From contig JAVJWO010000052.1 in assembly GCA_040222015.1 (NCBI GenBank), positions 1-64,000 on the forward strand: a stretch of 64,000 nt of DNA, in the 5' to 3' direction. The translations under genes and the position numbers were made by a program. Shown in pieces: positions 31,804 through 40,436 of the stretch. The notes beneath the pieces were generated by a model, which saw nothing but the letters and a program-made list of their open reading frames with translations, ran no database searches and was not told where the DNA came from. How positions within the stretch are numbered: the first letter of the stretch is position 1; each line of letters begins with the position of its first letter. The stretch comes from Coleofasciculus chthonoplastes F2-STO-03. GTDB lineage: Bacteria > Cyanobacteriota > Cyanobacteriia > Cyanobacteriales > Coleofasciculaceae.

Positions 31804-33165
31804 ATGGTATTCAATCGGTCTGTGCAAGTTAGGATCAGGTGTTTACAGCGTCGCTTTGATTTACTCGAACAGAACTATACTGATATATCGGAGCAATTGA
31901 ACTATGAAAGCAATGCTCAGAATCGGAATAATTTAAAACGACAGCTTGCTCACCTGGAAAAAGAGATGACAATCGTTGAGGACGAACTCAACACTCTTGA
32001 ACGGGGAAACGTAGGAGATAAAACTCAGCGCCTTATGGCTATTTTAGCCTCTGTTGATCCGCCAACAACCCAACGGATCAAGGCAGCTTACCTAGCATCT
32101 CGCCCTTCCAGCTGGAGTGATTTTCGTCCCGCCATTCCCCCCACAATCGAACAACTGTTGGCAGATTTAGCTGATATGCCTTCTGGGGATAGTGGGTACA
32201 AGCGAATGGATCAGTTTGTGGCACATTTAATTGCCGATGATCAAATTCCTCAGTCCTTGCGTCAACAGTTACACGATTGGCTGAAGCAAAACGTTGATGA
32301 TATTGCTCCATTACTAACTCAAATTAAACCTGAAACCGACCCAGAACAATTTTATCTCATGGTATGGATTCAGCCCAGCCAGCAAAAAAAGAATTGTTAT
32401 TTTATCAAAGCCTGGTTAGCGATTCCTCGCCCATCGAATCAGGGAGAAAGCAACTATGACTACGAACCCATTTCTCTAGCCAATACTGAAGCCGAACCCG
32501 TTTCCTTGACTCAGATTCCCCAGTTACTCAAAGAAATTCTGATTCAAAGTAGCCAAAAATGTGCGATGAGTGACTTAACCCTGGAATTTTTCTTACCTCG
32601 TCAGTTACTTAATCATGATGTTGATCGGTGGGAAATTGAGATCAGTGAGGATTTGTTAATTCCCCTTGGCGTGGAATGTAGCGTTGTCGTGCGTTCTGAG
32701 GAGCGACTTTCACCAAATTATTGTCTCAAAAAGAAAGATTGGCAGAAAAAATGGCAGCGACTCAAGCGACTTAACCATTACCCTTCCTCTAAACTTGTTG
32801 CTTCAGGGGATTGTGCTTGGAATCAACTCTATGTTGAGTTAAGAAAAGAGGATATTCTTGGCTGTACTCTAGCCAAGGTTCCCCAACCGATGGGAAAAGA
32901 AAGCGTTTTTAATGTGATTTTAGGGACAGCGATACCTTTAGCGATATGGGTACGGTGTAATTTAGCGCATTTAAATTGTTCCCAAGAATTAAATCAATTA
33001 TTAACGTGTTGTATTTCTGAACTTCCAACTACGATAAAAGGAAAACGGGAAGCGGCTTTTGCGTCTCATCCCCACCTGCGCGGACTGCATATTGGCTCTC
33101 ATCTTTCCCTGATGTGGGAAGATCCCGATCGCGTCCCACCTACGATTCACTATTCTACACCTTAA
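31804..33165 (+). CDS. VMAP (vWA-MoxR associated protein) with N-terminal EAD-like adaptor
   Basis: VMAP-C motifs LEFFLPRQLLNHDVDRW, VVVRS.ERL, WQKKW, PLAIW.R, LMWEDPDR.PP; upstream of MoxR. Confidence 0.8.
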   Translation: MVFNRSVQVRIRCLQRRFDLLEQNYTDISEQLNYESNAQNRNNLKRQLAHLEKEMTIVEDELNTLERGNVGDKTQRLMAILASVDPPTTQRIKAAYLASRPSSWSDFRPAIPPTIEQLLADLADMPSGDSGYKRMDQFVAHLIADDQIPQSLRQQLHDWLKQNVDDIAPLLTQIKPETDPEQFYLMVWIQPSQQKKNCYFIKAWLAIPRPSNQGESNYDYEPISLANTEAEPVSLTQIPQLLKEILIQSSQKCAMSDLTLEFFLPRQLLNHDVDRWEIEISEDLLIPLGVECSVVVRSEERLSPNYCLKKKDWQKKWQRLKRLNHYPSSKLVASGDCAWNQLYVELRKEDILGCTLAKVPQPMGKESVFNVILGTAIPLAIWVRCNLAHLNCSQELNQLLTCCISELPTTIKGKREAAFASHPHLRGLHIGSHLSLMWEDPDRVPPTIHYSTP

Positions 33166-33559
33166 AAACAATGGCACTAAGAATTTGCATTTTTGGATCA
33201 CCGACATTCTTGATATATCGTAGGGTGGGCATTGCCCACCAACCTTAATTCATACCAAGTTGTAGTCTAAAGTAGAATCTGTCATGCTGAGCAGAATGCA
33301 GTGAAACGGAATGACGCGAAGCATCTGTCCAGATTCTCGTATCTCGTTCCTCGCTTCACGCTTCGCTTCACGCTTCGCTCAGAATGACATGATAGAACGC
33401 AACTTGGTATCAGTACCATTCAGCTTAAAAACCTTGGCGGGGCGTAGGGCGCACGTCGGGAAAAGGGCGCACGTCGGTCATCGGGCGCACGTCGGTGCGC
33501 CCCTACAATTGTAATCGATAAATTTAATGGCATAATGCTTTTAATCATCACAATAAACA

Positions 33560-34567
33560 ATGAATAATGAGCAATCAAAAAATTGGCAGATTTTTCAGGG
33601 AACCGGAACTCCCCACAGCGAAATAAATCGCCTTCCGCCCCCTCCAAGCTGGCGTCAATTTGATGGACTAGCAGATGGTGCTACCGCCGCCAAAAAGCAG
33701 CAACGGGGGGCTACGTTTCAGGCGCGTCCAGAGGAAATTGAACTCGTTAATGCAGCACTGTATTTACGACGCCCTCTATTAGTCACTGGAAAACCGGGAA
33801 CGGGAAAAACCTCACTGGCTTATGCGATCGCGTATGAATTACAATTAGGAGAAGTGTTAAGGTGGTCAATTACTACGCGCACCAATCTCAACGATGGACT
33901 TTACCGCTATGATGCCATTGGTCGCTTACAAGATGCCCAAGGTAAGGGTGAAGATAACTTAGAGGAGATTGGTCAGTATATCCGGTTAGGTCCTCTGGGA
34001 ACCGCTTTGCTTCCCTCTGATAAACCCAGGGTATTACTAATTGATGAAATTGACAAAAGCGATATTGATTTACCCAATGATTTGCTGCATATTTTTGAGG
34101 AAGGAGAGTTTGAGATTCCGGAGTTGGTTCGGATTGCTGGCAGATTAGAACAAGTGGAAGTTCGTACCGCTTATGGCGATGAGACGGAGATAACGGCGAA
34201 CGATTTCAAGACAGTTATTAGCAAAGGACGAGTCCGCTGTCAAGCTTTTCCGTTTGTGATTTTAACGAATAATGGAGAGCGAGATTTTCCGCCACCGTTT
34301 TTACGTCGCTGTCTGCGGCTGAATATGAGGGAACCCAATCAGGATGAACTCACCCGAATTGTTAAAGCGCATTTGGGTGAAAAAGTGGCGGATAAAGCCA
34401 AGGGTTTGATTGCTCATTTTTTAAAGAAGCGAGAACAGGGAGATTTAGCTACGGATCAGTTACTTAATGCGATTTATTTACTTACTCGTGAACGGATACC
34501 ATCAGGTCAAGAAAAAGCGAAGTTAGTTGAGCAATTGCTCAAGTATTTGAGTAGTACAGAAGATTGA
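33560..34567 (+). CDS. MoxR-family AAA+ ATPase (module 2)
   Basis: PPPPSWR, GKPGTGKT, LLIDEIDKSDIDLPNDLL, FPPPFLRRC. Confidence 0.92.
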   Translation: MNNEQSKNWQIFQGTGTPHSEINRLPPPPSWRQFDGLADGATAAKKQQRGATFQARPEEIELVNAALYLRRPLLVTGKPGTGKTSLAYAIAYELQLGEVLRWSITTRTNLNDGLYRYDAIGRLQDAQGKGEDNLEEIGQYIRLGPLGTALLPSDKPRVLLIDEIDKSDIDLPNDLLHIFEEGEFEIPELVRIAGRLEQVEVRTAYGDETEITANDFKTVISKGRVRCQAFPFVILTNNGERDFPPPFLRRCLRLNMREPNQDELTRIVKAHLGEKVADKAKGLIAHFLKKREQGDLATDQLLNAIYLLTRERIPSGQEKAKLVEQLLKYLSSTED

Positions 34568-34801
34568 TTCCTGTCCTTAGATAGCCCTCACCCCCAACCC
34601 CTCTCCCAAGGGTGGGAGAGGGGAGCAAGAGTATGTAGCAAGAGTATGTAGGGTGGGCAAGAATGATAAATCTGGAAATGCTTATAGTATCGTTAATTGC
34701 TCTTGCCCACCTCACGGTAACTGGCTTTGACTATAGGGTTCTTTATGGAATATAAATGGTGCGTTACGCTTCTCTAACGCACCCTACGATTCTGAGTTTA
34801 T

Positions 34802-35449
34802 TTATCTCATATTGTCAGAAGTTGATAGATGAATAAGTTTTTTTAAGATTCTCAAGACATCACCTAAACCATTTTTGCGATTGCCAATTCCAAACAAATC
34901 AGACATGGCATACAGAGGGGTAGCGGCTTTGACTAATTTGAGAAACAGAAAACTTCCTCCATTCGTAATCATACCGAAGCTAGGTTGCTCTGAATTAAGG
35001 TTTCCTAGCATATAGGCAAGAATTTGGGCTAATCCAGCTTCGACAGAGAAATGAGCTTGTTTTGATTCAATTACCATCACCCAAAGTTTGTCTTTCAAAA
35101 CTAAGGTGTCGAGGTTCCCTTTGACGAGAATTCCTAGTTCTTCATCTTGGGCGGAGATTTGGACACTGCTCTCGGCTCTTAAATTCAAAGGCGCTAAATA
35201 AAATTGTCCGATAAATAATAAGGGGGAGACAACTGCCAAATTAATGGGTTTTTCTAGCAGGGGTGGTTGTTTGAGTAAATTGAAATAGCCAGCGCGGACT
35301 TGTTCGAGAAGTTGTTTTTGCCAGTCGGTGAGTTCGGGTAAGTCGGATTGCCACTCCGGGAAAAACTGTTCATCGTCAACTCGCTGAAGCTGAAAGTAGG
35401 TTTCTAATTGTTCTAGAGTGACATCTCTGGCTTGAATGGTTTGAACCAT
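34802..35449 (-). CDS. HsdR-N-like PD-(D/E)XK restriction-endonuclease-fold protein
   Basis: GNLD...VIESK...QILAYM...GMITNG pattern. Confidence 0.7.
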   Translation of the reverse strand: MVQTIQARDVTLEQLETYFQLQRVDDEQFFPEWQSDLPELTDWQKQLLEQVRAGYFNLLKQPPLLEKPINLAVVSPLLFIGQFYLAPLNLRAESSVQISAQDEELGILVKGNLDTLVLKDKLWVMVIESKQAHFSVEAGLAQILAYMLGNLNSEQPSFGMITNGGSFLFLKLVKAATPLYAMSDLFGIGNRKNGLGDVLRILKKLIHLSTSDNMR

Positions 35450-35576
35450 ACTATAAAAGAATAGGGGATAAAGTTTTGTACTAGGTTGTTGATTGGCTTT
35501 AGAGGAATTGTAGCTTAAGTGGGATAAGGCAGAAGGAAAGAAAGAAGTTTAGAGAAAATCTGCTGTACAATGTGCC

Positions 35577-35599
35577 TATGATTCAACAGGCGATCGCAC
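35577..35599 (+). repeat. 23-bp direct repeat TATGATTCAACAGGCGATCGCAC (also 36321-36343 and 36438-36460, the start of the vWA gene)
   Basis: Three exact copies, each containing HIP1. Confidence 0.85.
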
Positions 35600-35824
35600 G
35601 ACTCAATCGGCTTCTGTGGGCGCACGTCGGTTATTGGTGTCAAGTTAAGCTACAGCCGTCACGCCTATGCCTGTCTCCCAAGCGTGACAGAGGAGAGCAA
35701 TAGGGCAGACGTAGCCTCATTCTCAGGTTTTAGAAGGGAATGAATCGCCGCCAAATCATTGCATTTGTTTGCCTGGTAATTTTCAGCCTACAATAGACCC
35801 AGAAAGCCGTTCTATGAGCAGAAT

Positions 35825-36013
35825 ATGGAAGCCATCAATATAAAAGAAGAGGCACGACGATTGATTGATAGATTGCCAGAGAATGCGACATGGGATGACT
35901 TAATGTATGAAATTTATGTCAGGGTAGCGATAGAAGCGGGACTTGCGGATAGTCAGGCGGGTAGAATAACCTCTGTGGAAACAGTGCGTCAGCAATTCGG
36001 ATTACCAACGTGA
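35825..36013 (+). CDS. Antitoxin
   Basis: KEEARRLIDRLPENATWDDLMYEIYVR..IEAGLAD; overlaps the toxin start. Confidence 0.75.
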   Translation: MEAINIKEEARRLIDRLPENATWDDLMYEIYVRVAIEAGLADSQAGRITSVETVRQQFGLPT

Positions 36014-36312
36014 AGGTTTTTTGGACAGATACAGCCGTCAAGCATCTTTCCGGGATTTATGCCTACATCGCCCAAAATTCACCTCAATATGGGCGTCGAA
36101 TGGTTGATCGTCTGACGAGACGTTCGGAACAGATTGCTGCGTTTCCGGCTTCAGGTCGAATGGTGCCAGAGTTTGAGAGGGAACAAATTCGTGAAGTGAT
36201 TGAGGGTTCTTATCGGATTATTTACTACATTAAACCCGAGCAAATCGATGTACTTGCTGTGATCCATGGTTCGCAACAAATCACTGAAGATTATTCCCCA
36301 TCATCGGAGTAA
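36010..36312 (+). CDS. RelE/ParE-family toxin
   Basis: VFWT..A...L..I..YIA..SP...GR.VPE...IRE....YRIIY...VIHG. Confidence 0.85.
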   Translation: MKVFWTDTAVKHLSGIYAYIAQNSPQYGRRMVDRLTRRSEQIAAFPASGRMVPEFEREQIREVIEGSYRIIYYIKPEQIDVLAVIHGSQQITEDYSPSSE

Positions 36313-36438
36313 AATGTCCGTATGATTCAACAGGCGATCGCACGTTTCAATCTAGTTTTCTGGGTGCAGGTTGGGGTTGGGGTTGGGATTGGGCGCACGT
36401 CAGTGCGCCCCTACGAGGCTCATTGATTTCTATTCTCT

Positions 36439-39400
36439 ATGATTCAACAGGCGATCGCACTCCTTAATCAGGTTGGCTTAGAACTTACGGCAGAAGAGAT
36501 TGCCGATATCTTTTGGTTGGCGCTGCAAATGGGGGAAACGGAATCCGTCTCCGAGTCTCCATCTATCCCGAAAACGCCCTTATCTGAACGCCCCATAACT
36601 GAAGACTTCTCCCCAGAAACGCCGCCGATAAATTTAAATCCACCAACTACTACGGCTAGCGAACCCTACGCTGAACTCTATCCCTCTCCTCCACCTGCTT
36701 CTATCCCCCAGTCTGATTCTCATTCTCCGCCATCTGCTTCTTCTCCATCCCCTCAGCTAGATTCTCCCCCACCGTCTCAACTCCTTCCCTTTGAAACGCC
36801 AGCCGCCCCCGCCCTGCGGAATCCTTTAGCCATCGCCCGGGCAATTCGTCCCCTGATGCGGAAAGTCCCATCTCGTACTGAAACCATTCTGGATGAAGAA
36901 GCCACAGCCCGACAAATTGCCGAAAAAAATATCTGGATTCCGGTGCTAGAACCTGCACCCGAACGCTGGTTAGAATTAGCGCTGGTTATTGAGGAATCGA
37001 GTTCTCTCCCAATTTGGCAAGAAACGATTACAGAATTGCAAACGCTGTTGGAACGCCAAGGTGCGTTTCGCGATGTCCGCACCTGGCGCTTAAATGCTGA
37101 TGCCGATGAGTCATTGTACCTCTTGCCGGGACAGGGTTCAGCCACACTCAAACAACGCCCCCGCAATCCCAAGGAATTGATTGATCCCTCAGGGCGGCGG
37201 TTAATTCTCCTGGTTAGCGACTGTGTATCTGATATCTGGCGTTCAGGCAAAATCCAGACTCTGTTGCGGCGGTGGGCAAATCAGAATCCCGTGTCAGTGC
37301 TTCAGTTATTACCCGAATCCTATTGGAGACGCAGTGGTTTAGGTGCAGGGATTTCCGTGCAACTGGGGGCGTTTGCACCAGGAGTTCCCAATTCCCAACT
37401 GGTAATTGAAGAGATACCCCCCTGGCTGGAGGTGAATTTAGCCACAGCATTACCATTACCTGTGGTAACACTGGAGCCTGAACCTTTGGCACAGTGGGCG
37501 CGGCTGGTGGCGGGTACAGGGGGAACGCGGATGCCGGGAGTGTTATTTGATCCGGCGTTAATGGAGGCGATGGCTGAGGAGATGGAACAGATAATCGCCT
37601 CATGTTCAGCATCAGAGTTAGTCCAGCACTTTCGGGCAACGGCGTCTCCCACCGCCCGACGCTTGGCAGGGTTAATGGCGGCGATTCCGGTAACGTTGCC
37701 TGTGGTGCGTCTGATTCAGGAAACCATGCTGCCAGAATCGGGGCAGATTCATATTGCTGAAGTGTTTATGAGTGGGTTATTGCGTCCCATTTTAGAAGGG
37801 AATGGTAATTCACCAGATGGGAAAAACCTCTCTCCAAACCTCTCTCCTGCAAGGAGAGAGGCTTTGAATGATCCCCCTTCCTACCCCTTCGTGGAAGCAA
37901 GCTACGCAGGAAAGGGGGCTGGGGGGTTAAGTTTTTCCCATCAATCTGAACCTATTTACTATGATTTTCAACCCGGAGTGCGGGAATTGTTGCTGGATTC
38001 TATTCCCATTTCCGATACCGATGAAGTGTTGGAACAAGTGTCTCAGTTTATCGCCCGTAAAGCCGGGGTTTCGATTAAGAGCTTTACCGCGTTCCTCTCG
38101 CCTTATGCCAAATGGGATGAAACGGTGCAGCAGCAGATTGCGCCCTTCGCTCAGGTTACCCGTCAGGTTCTGCGGCGGTTGGGAGGAGAGTATGCGGCGT
38201 TAGCGGAGCAGTTGGAACGACGTTCTCCGGTTATTCCTGATATCTCAGATAATGAGGCTTCTGGGTTTCCTCCCTTACAAACCTTTACGTTTGAAGAGGT
38301 AACTATCTCCCTTAAAGCTGAGACAGAAACCGCCCTTGATCTGCAAGCATTTGATTTTAAAGTGGCAAAGATACAGATACGGAATGCTGTTAAAACTGCT
38401 GAGGAAGCCGTTTTTGCTATGACAGGACGATCATTTAACGATATTCAAAAAGGTATCCTAGGAGGAGCATTAAAAAATAAAACCTACGAAGAAATAGCGG
38501 TTTCAGGATTATACAGCTCAGAGTATGTGAAATCTATAGGCGCTAAGTTATGGAAATTACTGACAGAAGCGTTGAATCAAAAAGTTAGTAAAACTAATCT
38601 GAATGCTGTGTTAGGCAAGGGATTAACGATTCACCATTTTCAGCAACAAGCTTGGAGTTTTACCGAGGATTTAGGTAAAGGAATTCAACTAGAGATGGTA
38701 GCCATTCCCGAAGGTAGCTTTGTCAGGGGGGCACCAGAGGACGAAACTGGACGGGAAAACTCTGAATCTCCTCAGCATACGGTCACAGTTAATTCCTTTT
38801 TTATGGGTAAATACACCATAACCCAGGCACAATGGCAAATCGTAGCTGATCTACCGCGAGTTAATCGTGAACTTGAACCTGATCCATCTGAGTTTAAAAG
38901 TGCAAACCGCCCTGTAGAGAATGTGTCCTGGTATGATGCTATGGAATTTTGCGATCGCCTTTCTCAGAAAACTGGACGACTCTATCGCCTACCCAGTGAA
39001 GCCGAGTGGGAGTATGCCTGTCGTGCGGGAACAACCACCCCATTTCATTTTGGAGAAACAATTACAATCGACTTGGCGAATTACCGAGGTACGGATGACA
39101 AAAGAAGGGGTTGGTCAGGTTCCTATGGTCAAAGTCCCAAAGGGATTGATCGTCAAGAAACAACTCCTGTAGGTAGCTTTAAGGTGGCTAATGATTTTGG
39201 ACTCTACGATATGCATGGGAATGTATGGGAATGGTGTGCTGACCCTTGGCACGAAAACTATGAAGGTGCGCCAACAGATGGCAGGGTGTGGAAGGATGAT
39301 AATGATCATGATAATGAGCATCGGGTATTGCGGGGCGGTTCCTGGTTTGACTTTCCTGTAAACTGCCGTTGCGCGTGTCGCTTCCATTATTCTTCAAATG

Positions 39401-39450
39401 ACAGGAACGTCCCCGTTATGGGTTTTCGAGTTGTATGCGCCGCCGAGTAG
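36439..39450 (+). CDS. Receptor 2: SAV_2336-type vWA protein fused to an HTH and an FGE-sulfatase/CLec domain
   Basis: EEIADIFWLA, LDEEATA, LALVIEESSS, LILLVSDCVS..W; C-terminal FGE motifs. Confidence 0.85.
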   Translation: MIQQAIALLNQVGLELTAEEIADIFWLALQMGETESVSESPSIPKTPLSERPITEDFSPETPPINLNPPTTTASEPYAELYPSPPPASIPQSDSHSPPSASSPSPQLDSPPPSQLLPFETPAAPALRNPLAIARAIRPLMRKVPSRTETILDEEATARQIAEKNIWIPVLEPAPERWLELALVIEESSSLPIWQETITELQTLLERQGAFRDVRTWRLNADADESLYLLPGQGSATLKQRPRNPKELIDPSGRRLILLVSDCVSDIWRSGKIQTLLRRWANQNPVSVLQLLPESYWRRSGLGAGISVQLGAFAPGVPNSQLVIEEIPPWLEVNLATALPLPVVTLEPEPLAQWARLVAGTGGTRMPGVLFDPALMEAMAEEMEQIIASCSASELVQHFRATASPTARRLAGLMAAIPVTLPVVRLIQETMLPESGQIHIAEVFMSGLLRPILEGNGNSPDGKNLSPNLSPARREALNDPPSYPFVEASYAGKGAGGLSFSHQSEPIYYDFQPGVRELLLDSIPISDTDEVLEQVSQFIARKAGVSIKSFTAFLSPYAKWDETVQQQIAPFAQVTRQVLRRLGGEYAALAEQLERRSPVIPDISDNEASGFPPLQTFTFEEVTISLKAETETALDLQAFDFKVAKIQIRNAVKTAEEAVFAMTGRSFNDIQKGILGGALKNKTYEEIAVSGLYSSEYVKSIGAKLWKLLTEALNQKVSKTNLNAVLGKGLTIHHFQQQAWSFTEDLGKGIQLEMVAIPEGSFVRGAPEDETGRENSESPQHTVTVNSFFMGKYTITQAQWQIVADLPRVNRELEPDPSEFKSANRPVENVSWYDAMEFCDRLSQKTGRLYRLPSEAEWEYACRAGTTTPFHFGETITIDLANYRGTDDKRRGWSGSYGQSPKGIDRQETTPVGSFKVANDFGLYDMHGNVWEWCADPWHENYEGAPTDGRVWKDDNDHDNEHRVLRGGSWFDFPVNCRCACRFHYSSNDRNVPVMGFRVVCAAE

Positions 39451-39563
39451 AGTTTGTAATCTTTGCCCTTTTATTGTCCTTCTTACTTATACGTAGCGTT
39501 AGCTAAATTTTCTTGCCTCTGTTGTTCAACTATTAAGCATATTGAATCTAAGGTGACAAAACT

Positions 39564-40436
39564 ATGGCAACACCGCAAATCAGTAATCAAGGACAGCAGA
39601 CTAGGTTTATTGTTAAGCGTCGGCAGCGACAGGCTCAATATTTCAGCGAAGACTTGGGCAATGGTATCTTCCTGGATATGGTGGCGATTCCTGGAGGGTC
39701 ATTCCTGATGGGTTCTCCGGAAACGGAAGAAGGACACAGAGATAGTGAAAGTCCCCAGCATCCAATAACGGTTCCACCCTTTTTCATGGGGAAATACCCG
39801 GTGACTCAAGCGCAATGGCGGGCGGTTGCTCATCTGCCTCAAGTTGATAAAGAACTTGACCCTGATCCATCTAGATTTAAAGGAGCCGATCAACCAGTTG
39901 AGGGAGTATCGTGGTATGACTGTGTAGAGTTTTGTGCGCGGTTATCGCAGTACACAGGACGAGACTACCGACTTCCTAGTGAAGCCGAGTGGGAATATGC
40001 CTGTCGTGCGGGAACAACAACGCCGTTTCATTTTGGCGAAACAATTAATACGGATTTAGCCAATTACAACGGCAAACGTATTTATGCTGAAGGTCATAAA
40101 GGTCATAAGGGTGAGTATCGTAAAAAGACTACCCCAGTCGGGAGTTTTCAGGTAGCGAATGCCTTTGGCTTATTCGATATGCATGGAAATGTGTGGGAAT
40201 GGTGTGCTGATCATTGGCATGATAGTTATGAAGGTGCGCCGTCGGATGGTCAAGCTTGGCTATTAGATAACAATAAAAATGAGAATCATTATCGGCTGAT
40301 GCGCGGTGGTTCGTGGTACGCCTTTCCCAGGAACTGTCGTTGTGCGTATCGCCTCAGGAATACCCCAGACTACGGGAACAACACCGTCGGGTGTCGGGTC
40401 GTCTGTGGTGCGGTGTGGACTCCTTTGCCCCCTTGA
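39564..40436 (+). CDS. Receptor 3: stand-alone FGE-sulfatase/CLec protein; DGR target-like
   Basis: Near-duplicate of the C-terminal domain of 28693..30291 with a different VR. Confidence 0.85.
   Translation: MATPQISNQGQQTRFIVKRRQRQAQYFSEDLGNGIFLDMVAIPGGSFLMGSPETEEGHRDSESPQHPITVPPFFMGKYPVTQAQWRAVAHLPQVDKELDPDPSRFKGADQPVEGVSWYDCVEFCARLSQYTGRDYRLPSEAEWEYACRAGTTTPFHFGETINTDLANYNGKRIYAEGHKGHKGEYRKKTTPVGSFQVANAFGLFDMHGNVWEWCADHWHDSYEGAPSDGQAWLLDNNKNENHYRLMRGGSWYAFPRNCRCAYRLRNTPDYGNNTVGCRVVCGAVWTPLPP
40293..40436 (+). repeat. DGR variable region VR3
   Basis: Colinear with VR1; differences concentrated at NNC/NNT/NGG codons. Confidence 0.75.

Noticed and set aside
33445..33505. CRISPR-like array
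   Set aside because: Units are 17-18 bp with 4-5-nt gaps, no unique spacers and no cas genes; the STRR tracts are rejected for the same reason
36701..37652. Antisense ORFs inside the vWA gene, and similar shadows in other long CDSs
   Set aside because: No recognisable motifs; they fully overlap confident genes
28693..40436. FGE-sulfatase genes as true formylglycine-generating enzymes
   Set aside because: No sulfatase nearby; the region that would carry the catalytic Cys motif is the variable region; context indicates CLec binding domains
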